Origin: an uncultured Nitrososphaeraceae archaeon
GTDB lineage: Archaea; Thermoproteota; Nitrososphaeria; Nitrososphaerales; Nitrososphaeraceae
Direction: 5' to 3'
NCBI GenBank assembly: GCA_963765895.1
Contig: CAVXZB010000062.1
Location: 1-17,024, forward strand
Length of the DNA stretch: 17,024 nt
Shown here piece after piece: positions 9,819-17,024 of the stretch. Under the pieces are notes generated by a model that searched no databases, was not told the origin of the DNA, and saw nothing but the letters and a program-made list of their open reading frames with translations. Within the stretch, counting starts at the first letter, position 1; each line of letters begins with the position of its first letter. Made by a program: the position numbers and the translations under genes.

Positions 9819-10411
9819 GATTAATATTAATATTAAAGATCTAGCACACATATTTGTTGAGGCATTATACGTATATGCTTATAAATTGGCTATGTTTTGC
9901 GACCAGAAAAACAGATGACCTATTGATACAAGGAACATGCTCCTACTTCAGGTTGTACTGTACAATAAAAATATTCCTGTTTAATAACGATCATAACATG
10001 AAATTGACTTTGCTCTAGTCTGTATTCTTGAGACGAGATGACGAATAAGGCTATTGTATCGTAATAAACGAAATCGTCTATTGGACGCAGATTGGTTTTG
10101 TCTTCAGAATATATAGATAAATCTGTTGGTAACAGAGGGATGTAAGAAGGCGTTTCCTTATCATTTAACATCTTTACAATTTATATCCACTATCGACCAG
10201 TATGGCTTTTTGTCTTGTACGTAAGTTGACTGTCATCATAGACGTCAAGTTCTCAAAAGTACACCCTTTAAGACTAATAATATTATCAAGTCTGAAGCTA
10301 AGCTTAATAATTTTACAATATCTATCTGTTCGTGTCGACGTCCTTTTAGAGTAAGTGGTATTGAGCTAGGTATCACAAGTGTCCATGATAAGTGCAACAA
10401 ATGATCATATT

Positions 10412-11867
10412 CTACCACCCTAATGTGTTTGCAGATTTTGAAGCGGCTTCTGCTAACGCTTGGCTTGGATCCTTATTTTCAAATTGAACTTCATAGATTG
10501 CTTGCCGAATATTATCAGCTATTTGAGGGTATTCAGGAATTGATGGCCGTGTTCCTGCAAACGGAATCATGGAGACTAGTTGTCTATAATATGGATAAGA
10601 TAAAGCAGTAGAATTTAATAAATCACTTTTACCCATGGATATTTGAGTTGGCAGTACCCCAGTTTGACGAAGATAAGGACCAAGTATCTTGGGCTCGAGG
10701 GTTAGTTCAATTAGCTTCCATGCAAGATCCTTATGAGTGGATGCCTTGGGTATGCCTAATGCATAGCCTCCCATCAATGTTGAAGTTTGATTATTTTTAT
10801 ATGGAACTGGTAGCGCTGGGATAAAACCAATCTTGTCTTCAAATTCTTTTTCAGACTGCCTTTGAAGAAAGCTTACTGGTAGCCATGATCCTTCAATCAT
10901 GACTGCAAACTTCCTTTCAAGAAATTCTAACCCCCAAAAATGATTTTTCTGTGGTTTAATTCCAGCATCGACTTGCTGTTTGATAAAATTCATTGCTTTT
11001 ACACCTTCAGGTACTATTAAAGGCAGGAAACCAGTAAGTACATTTTGTAGGATGTCCGGACTTCATCTTCAATATCTCACCGCCAAGCATCCACAGATAT
11101 GGATACCATAAGTCAGGAGAATGACTAGCTCCTGTAAGATGAATACCTTCTATTCCCTGAGGTCTTAGCACAGTGTTTAGTTTTTTTGCAGCTGCAATAT
11201 ATCCGTCCCAAGTCCTTAAGGAATCTGGATTGACGCCTGCCTTGCCTAATAGATCTTTCCAATACCATATTCCTCTGATATCTGTCCATGCCCATATTCC
11301 ATAGACTTTTCCACCATAAATCCCACTATCCCAATTCTCATCATACCAGTCGTTTTGTCTTCCCCAATTCTTTGTATAATTTGTAAGATCAGTCAAGAGT
11401 CCTTTCTGAGCGAACTCTCCAAGCCATATTTGATCTAAGGATATTAGGTCAATTGATCCAGAGACTGTTGTGCCATTAAGTGCCTTTAGTATCTGAAATC
11501 GAATTTGATTCGAGGGATATTCCAAATATTTTAATTGAATATCGAAATTTGGATACATCGTTTTCAACTTGGTTAATGCACTCTCGAGTAGTGGTTTTCC
11601 CATTTCGCGGTTATTATCTAATTGTACGAAAATAACAGTTAGGACAATCTTTTCCTTTTGGGTTAATAACTGGGCAAAACTAGGCTGAGCAACAGTTGTA
11701 AAAATAATTACAGTAAGTCCTACCAACAAAAAGAGTAGCAAGGGTGTAAGTTTACTGTAAATTCTAAATGTAAAAAAGATTTTGATAATCTGAATAATAG
11801 ATCCATTCCCGAATCCATTCAGTACATCATAATAAAACGAACAGAATTTCCTAGTTAACATTTTCAC
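10412..11867 (-). pseudogene. ABC-type sugar/extracellular solute-binding protein (family 1) disrupted by a single-base insertion
   Basis: Motifs DLISLDQIWLGEFAQKGLLTDL, YWKDLL, AVMIEGSW, LMGGYALGIP, RPSIPEYPQI. Removing one base at 11010/11011 (AGT ACC TGA AGG to AGT ACT GAA GGT) fuses the two ORFs as FNSTEGVKAMNF. The true start is probably downstream of 11867. Confidence 0.85.
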
Positions 11868-12437
11868 ACATATTTCAAGGATTAGATACCTTCGTAGTCA
11901 TGCCGTTTAGAGTAAAAAAATACAATGTTATATAAAGTATTGCTATGACTATATTAATATACACCATAGCATTAGTGAGCAGACCATTCATTACTGGAAA
12001 TCCCATTAGAGAACTACCTTATAGAGGATAAGTATTTATAATATACTGGACATTCTTAATAGAAAATTACCATAATTGGTAAACTAAGACAGTATCAAGC
12101 CGGCCAACTGGTGAATATGATCAAAAAATGGACTGTGTCGTCAGCCATTAGTTGGCCAGATGGAGGTTTACCATTGTCTCCAGGGTTAACATTGGTCGAT
12201 GAGGAGATGCAAGATCTTTATTATAGAATTAAATATCTGCATCCTATACTCTGCATGGTCAAGATATTTTTCTAATTCAGGGCAGTTAATACATGAAGAT
12301 TTTAAGCTGTTAGAAAAAATCGTACTAATTTAGATATGAAGTGCAAGGTTTTAGTTCAGGCCTAGCTGACCAATATGATGATATAAACGCCCATAGAAAC
12401 ACTAGTATTATTAGCAATATTGTCTATAGATTTATCG

Positions 12438-12602
12438 ATGAGTATAGAAAGGAAAAATCCACTAAAGCGTGATCAAGCATTAAATGATGCTACTGGCGGG
12501 CAAATGGGAGAGCAGCCAAGACCACAACCATCAAAACCGGCAGATGACAACTTGAATGAACAACGCCGAAGGGCTGCTCGAAAAATGTCGAGAGACCTGT
12601 AA
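12438..12602 (+). CDS. Small hydrophilic hypothetical protein (54 aa)
   Basis: ATG at 12438. GC-richer than its flanks; charged, Pro/Gln-rich sequence MSIERKNPLKRDQALNDATGGQMGEQPRPQPSKPADDNLNEQRRRAARKMSRDL. Confidence 0.6.
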   Translation: MSIERKNPLKRDQALNDATGGQMGEQPRPQPSKPADDNLNEQRRRAARKMSRDL

Positions 12603-13244
12603 TCATAGTTTGTCTTCTCGCGCTTACTAATACATATATAAAATTTCAGTATGGAGTAGTTATGTATTAAATTGAAGACAGAATCGGATTATTGAATTAT
12701 TATATCCATGTGGAAAACGTCTCTAAAGTATGTTCCTAGATGAAATTATAAGTAACTCCCTTTTTGTTATTTAGTAATAATAATTTGGGAATATCCTATT
12801 ATCGCAAACTAATGCATTCATGTACCTACCAGTATCTATCTCTTACTATCATCCTGATAGTCTAAGCGAAACCATCGTTCAATAATGAGTTTTCCAATTC
12901 AAATCTATTTACATATGTCTATCTTACATTAAACTTTTACCCATTTTTCATTCAGTTTAGTAGATAATGACAAATTCTATTACAACTCAGATCAACGAAG
13001 GAAAAAGGCACATACCACAAACATCATCGACGTCGTCGTCGTCGTGATGAACAATAAGATAATAGTAGCAATCATAATGGTTATTTCAAAAATTCTGTAT
13101 ATTCATAAAACTAGCAGTAGATGATTTTTAAGAAAAGTGATGCATAATAAGTTATGAAGACATAATACTCCCATTCTAAATATGTGTTGATATGGCAAAA
13201 AAATAGTTAAAAACATTTTATAGTTTATACTCCATTCTGATTTA

Positions 13245-13664
13245 ATGGCAACAAAAACTTTGTAAAATTTACTAGTAAAAGATCTCACTAAAATAGTATA
13301 GTTCTTTAGCAAGCTTGGTTTTAAATTTAACCCTCAATTTACTGATAAGAATGCGACATGTATGATTATTGGTGATGATCTATTCGTTATGCTCTTGATT
13401 GAAAGGTCTTTTAAAAAACCTTTACTAAAAAGGCAATTTATGATACCTCAAAAAATACTAAAGTTATAGTAGCATTATCGGCCAAAAGTAGAAAAAAGTG
13501 ATCAGATGATAAGCACAGCTATAGAATATGGAGAAAGTGAGTCTAAAGAACCACTAGACCATGGATGGATGTATGGACGTAGTTTTGAGGACACCGATGG
13601 GCATATCTGGGAAATAATATACATGGATGAAACTGCGATAAAAAATAATGAAAAGCCTTCATGA
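13245..13664 (+). pseudogene. Decayed VOC family protein (COG3607, lactoylglutathione-lyase-like)
   Basis: Manual translation: MATKTL*NLLVKDLTKIV*FFSKLGFKFNPQFTDKNATCMIIGDDLFVMLLIERSFK/TFTKKAIYDTSKNTKVIVALSAKSRK/DQMISTAIEYGESESKEPLDHGWMYGRSFEDTDGHIWEIIYMDE. Full length, with 2 stops and 2 frameshifts. TTTTATA about 23 nt upstream. Confidence 0.9.
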
Positions 13665-13915
13665 TGCCATAAGTAACTTTTTGTGCGAAAAATGATGAGA
13701 TATTATTGAATATAAACATGCTATTCCCAAATGACACATAACAATAAACTTCTCATATCTAGTTGCTCAAACTAGTTATGTTTAATAAATAAAAGTTGTT
13801 TAAGAAATAAGGCTGTTTCTTGTTGTAGTTGCTATTGTTATTACTACTAATCATTTTCCAAATTAGGATTTTAAATTATACAATTAAAACTGGATACAAA
13901 ATAGTAGATAGCTAG

Positions 13916-14161
13916 CTAAGACAGCATATCTTTTATTTGTTAAAAATGTCTAGAAAATGTAATACTTTTCTGTCGTCTTACAGGTTCTTTCTCTTGACGA
14001 ATATTCTATTAATCCATTTCTATGTAAAAGAAACAGATATTGTTAAATGGAATATGGCTTATTGATGCTGTCCGGAGTATTTCTGTATGTCTTACCCTCT
14101 GAGCTTTCGCTGTTTCCAGTATTGAAGCAATTATATCAAATCTATTTCGATACAGAGTCAT
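13916..14161 (-). pseudogene. Decayed archaeal winged-helix transcriptional regulator (COG3432/HTH_45-like)
   Basis: MTLYRNRFDIIASILETAKAQRVRHTEILRTASISHIPF/QYLFLLHRNGLIEYSSRERTCKTTEK/LHFLDIFNK* matches the YR.R.DII..IL...YL..L...GLI.....TT.KG..FL pattern, with at least 2 frameshifts. Confidence 0.8.
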
Positions 14162-14292
14162 TTACGACCTAGGAATATAATGCTAGACATCATTAATGAA
14201 TGTATTAGTGATAAGTGGCTGACACTTTATGTAAGAATATGATATTTTTTCAATCTTTATATTCAATATTAACCAAAATTTGTATTGTCTGC

Positions 14293-14524
14293 TGAGGTCT
14301 TCTTGCTTCGATATTGTATGTATGATGGCAATATCTAAACTACGGAAACCGGTTTAGAGGTTTGCTATGGATCAGGTATATTCTTTGTAGCATTTATATC
14401 TGACATATCAATGAATCCTATTTACTCCCTGACTCCTGCTCTTATCTCTGGAGTTTTGAACAATTCATGGTTTTATTGGTCGGCTACGTTTGTGGTCCTA
14501 TCTATTATACAAGATATCCTATGA
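14293..14524 (+). pseudogene. C-terminal remnant of an aquaporin (MIP family)
   Basis: IFFVAFISDISMNPIYSLTPALISGVLNNSWFYWSATFV corresponds to the second NPA loop (GASMNPARSLAPAL.SG....W.YW), with NPAR mutated to NPIY at 14414-14425. The upstream part is frameshifted and the N-terminal half is missing. Confidence 0.75.
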
Positions 14525-15278
14525 TCTAATTATGAAATTTAGTTAAGGAATTACTCGTGAACATTTTCTTTGGCGATGTTTAATTTGTAAATTTCATCCT
14601 CCTCCAAAATAAATATTTAGTTATGTATTTTGAATAAATTATCAAATCTTTTGTTTCTGAATTAAACAAAGTATCTGTTTTGAAGTACAGCGTATCACGG
14701 ACATTCTATTTTTATCATACGCTTTCTCTAAATATAACATCTACTTTAATGAAGTCTTTGACACATCATTCATCAAAAAATCCATACAACATATTTGTTT
14801 GTTACCAGCACGCGTGACGACATTTCTTACTACTTTGTCACAGTATTTCACGATCTTTTTCACTATATATTCAAATCTGATTTTGTCTTTCTGTTTGTAG
14901 TTTTTCTTTAAATCTAAGTAAAAGAATAGTAATATGTTTTATGGTATCATTAAACCACTTTAATTTGATCATCTGTTTGGTAGAAGAACTATTTGGTGGG
15001 CCAAAAAACATCTAAATAGATTGCCATCATTGGCATAGCGGTCTATGGATCTTATCAATTGTACCATCAATTCATCATTTGGATAAATTGATAGATGATG
15101 TTTACGCGGCACTCCTGAATTGTCATGATTTAGCTACATATTAACGGCATCTTTCACTATAGAATTTACAGTAAGTCCTCTGCTTAGATATAATTACTAA
15201 TCTCTCATGAACTTCAAAGCCCCCCAATTATAAGAGTGTGAGTTAGATAGATATTTTATTTGGCGCGTGTAAAATATA

Positions 15279-15329
15279 GATAGCTTGATAGCATTATTGT
15301 ATAGCTTTATATATTGCTATCATGCTATC
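15279..15329 (+). promoter_or_regulatory. 19-bp inverted repeat enclosing a TATA box (TTTATATA, 15306-15313) upstream of MGMT; candidate operator
   Basis: Left arm GATAGCTTGATAGCATTAT (15279-15297) versus reverse complement of the right arm (15311-15329) GATAGCATGATAGCAATAT: 17/19 match, 13-nt spacer. The TATA box ends about 24 nt before ATG 15337. Confidence 0.65.
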
Positions 15330-15336
15330 ATATTCT

Positions 15337-15732
15337 ATGAATAAATACTGGAAAAAAGGAACGACGAATCATGATAACAAGAGTCCAATTCACAAGGCAA
15401 TTAAAGATGAAGATGTTTATCACTTACTGCTACAAATACCAAAGGGAAAGACTACTACATATGGGGATCTTGCAGCGGCCCTCGGACATCCTTCAGCTTC
15501 CAGATTAATAGGGCAAATCGTGGGTAGAAATCCTAATCCAATCAAAGTACCGTGTCACCGCGTAGTAAAATCTGATGGAATGTTGGGCGGTTACAGTGGC
15601 GGGGTTGATAGAAAAATAGAACTGCTCAAAAAAGAAGGCATATCCATTAGCAATAATATAACCATTGATGACTTTGAAAATGTACGATTCTATCCTAAAA
15701 AAGTATTAATGAAGATACAAAATAATAATTAG
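15337..15732 (+). CDS. ogt: O6-methylguanine-DNA methyltransferase (MGMT family, single DNA-binding/catalytic domain)
   Basis: IPKGKTTTYGDLA, SRLIG, NPNPIKVPCHRVV (active-site Cys retained), LGGYSGG...K..LL..EG. ATG 15337 is preferred over 15322 because of TATA spacing. Confidence 0.9.
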   Translation: MNKYWKKGTTNHDNKSPIHKAIKDEDVYHLLLQIPKGKTTTYGDLAAALGHPSASRLIGQIVGRNPNPIKVPCHRVVKSDGMLGGYSGGVDRKIELLKKEGISISNNITIDDFENVRFYPKKVLMKIQNNN

Positions 15733-15733
15733 T

Positions 15734-16171
15734 TTGAATAAAAATACACGAAAGATTTTCGACGTGAACTGGCAAAAAGTAATTAAAGAATTAAACCGAA
15801 AGGATATTCTTTAATACCCAATCCTGCTTATATGTGTGAATAACTTGAATCAGATCTGAACTTAGACTCAAAATAATGAAAAACTACAATTCTATATTGG
15901 AATATTAGAATAGGCCATCACATACCGCATCAAGATTCGTATGAAAAGATTTTCCATTTTAACTAGTTATATTCCTAGATGAGCCTTAGATGACTATACT
16001 GACTGAGATTTGTGTCAACACAACAAATTCCGAGTATAATCAAAAGCTATTGACTTCAAATTTCAGGCCTCAGATCCAAAGGGATATTATCAATCATCAA
16101 ATGAGATATGGATTTAGTGAAGTGCATGATGGAAAGAGATACATTTGATATTATTTTTTCATGACGGCCTA
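15734..16171 (+). pseudogene. Heavily decayed 2OG-Fe(II) oxygenase of the DUF2086/Oxygenase-NA family
   Basis: Collinear fragments across frames: DVNWQKVIKELNRK/GYSLIPN; HQDSYEKI/FPF*LVIFLDEP/DYT/STQQIP/SKAI/TSNFRP/SKGYY/MRYGFSEVHDGKRY/FHDGL. These match the family's HQDLYG..FP...L.EP..DYTGGEF..QQ.PR.QS...RP..G..GYY...HGVS.V..G.R..LGIIFHDA. HQD is at 15928-15936. Internal deletions are likely. Confidence 0.8.
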
Positions 16172-16229
16172 GAAGATATATTTATCTATATAATATTAAC
16201 TATGAGGAGATTATCAACATATATAGGAA

Positions 16230-16427
16230 ATGATAAAGATGAATTTGCTTTGCTTTGAGTTTAATAAGATTAATAAGATTAACGATAAACCAAATTACAG
16301 CTCAAAAAAAAGAAGAATAAAAATAGAATGTGTACATTTCGATCAGAACATGACAGGACTTTATAATTTAGATATTGATCCCCATGATCAAGATATTCAT
16401 AAAGAATATATGGAATTGAACAGATAG
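16230..16427 (+). pseudogene. Short ORF, possibly a decayed Ada-type metal-binding (Ada_Zn) protein
   Basis: NYSSKKRRIKIECVHF, an off-frame FRSEHD and HKEYMELNR loosely echo C.SGKRMK..NRVFF.SE.EA...RPC.HC...Y. Size and position between DUF2086 and alkB fit, but the key cysteines are not preserved. Confidence 0.35.
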
Positions 16428-17024
16428 ATGAATCTAATTAATAATAATAAAATAGTCCAGGTCTTGAATAGAGATGGAAGAGCAGATTATTATGGAAAAA
16501 TAATGACAAATATGGAAGCTAACCTATATTTTGAAATTTTATTACAAAATATAGTGTGGAAAAATGATGAAGCTATAATTTTGGGAAAGCATATAATTAC
16601 TAAAAGAAAAACTGCATGGTACGGCGACTCTGATTATCTATATACATATTCAAATACTACAAGACGAGCACTACCATGGACTAGCGAACTTAGAGACCTT
16701 AAACAATTGGTCGAAAAGTTAACAGAAACAAAATTCAATTCTTGCCTACTAAACTTATATCACGACGGAAATGAAGGTCTGGCCTGGCATAGCGATGATG
16801 AAGAAGTATTGAGAAGAAATGGCACTATTGCTTCCTTGAGTTTTGGAGCGGAGAGAAAATTTTCACTTAAACACAAAAAGACCAAACAAACAATCTCGAT
16901 TGTACTTGAACACGGAAGTTTGCTCGTAATGAAGGATGAGACTCAAGTCTACTGGCTACATAGCTTACCGAAGACAAAAAAAATTGTAATGCCTAGAATA
17001 AACTTAACTTTTCGGGAAATAATA
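16428..17024 (+). CDS. alkB: AlkB-family Fe(II)/2-oxoglutarate dioxygenase (ALKBH2/3-like group); stop codon lies beyond the window
   Basis: 199 open codons from ATG 16428, not in the ORF track. RKTAWYGD..Y.YTYS, FNSCLLNLYHDGNEGLAWHSDDE (HxD), IASLSFGAERKF, LEHGSLLVM, WLHSLPK (distal His), PRINLTFR (RxxxxxR). Confidence 0.95.
   Translation, partial: MNLINNNKIVQVLNRDGRADYYGKIMTNMEANLYFEILLQNIVWKNDEAIILGKHIITKRKTAWYGDSDYLYTYSNTTRRALPWTSELRDLKQLVEKLTETKFNSCLLNLYHDGNEGLAWHSDDEEVLRRNGTIASLSFGAERKFSLKHKKTKQTISIVLEHGSLLVMKDETQVYWLHSLPKTKKIVMPRINLTFREII

Noticed and set aside
9920-10171. 83-aa minus-strand ORF
   Set aside because: No recognisable motif; left uncalled.
10423-10611. 62-aa plus-strand ORF
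   Set aside because: Antisense to the solute-binding protein.
13022-13049. (CGT)x5 microsatellite with weak hairpin potential
   Set aside because: Not within a credible ORF; a simple repeat with no evident function.
13103-13737. Minus-strand ORFs 13103-13312 and 13543-13737
   Set aside because: Antisense to the clearly recognisable COG3607 pseudogene.
14530-15150. Open minus-strand stretches (e.g. ...KIRFEYIVKKIVKYCDKVVRNVV...)
   Set aside because: Possibly further relics, but I could not match them to any family.
1-17024. CRISPR array, tRNA/rRNA, known riboswitch or anti-phage defence system
   Set aside because: No regularly spaced repeats, cloverleaf, riboswitch consensus or defence-gene motifs were seen by eye.

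Overview
AT-rich accessory region. Gene families and TATA-type promoters point to an ammonia-oxidising archaeon of the Nitrososphaeraceae; this is an inference from PsbP-like and discoidin secreted proteins, an AOA-type P-II, and the integrase and IS5 types. The left part encodes secreted or surface proteins: a PepSY-like ORF, two divergent F5/8-type-C (discoidin) proteins and two divergent PsbP-like proteins. The middle has a truncated tyrosine integrase, a divergent P-II, a VOC protein, a complete 948-bp IS5-family element (18-bp TIRs, 8-bp TSD) and a frameshifted sugar-binding protein. Several 'intergenic' stretches are decayed genes missing from the ORF track: a ZIP transporter, a COG3607 VOC protein, a winged-helix regulator, an aquaporin and a DUF2086 oxygenase. 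The most notable element is at the right end: an alkylation-repair cassette of MGMT, a DUF2086 oxygenase relic, a possible Ada-Zn relic and an intact AlkB that runs off the window. Its order resembles bacterial (Bacteroidota-like) adaptive-response operons, and it lies behind an archaeal TATA box enclosed by a 19-bp inverted repeat. All family calls come from motif recognition by eye; no searches were run.
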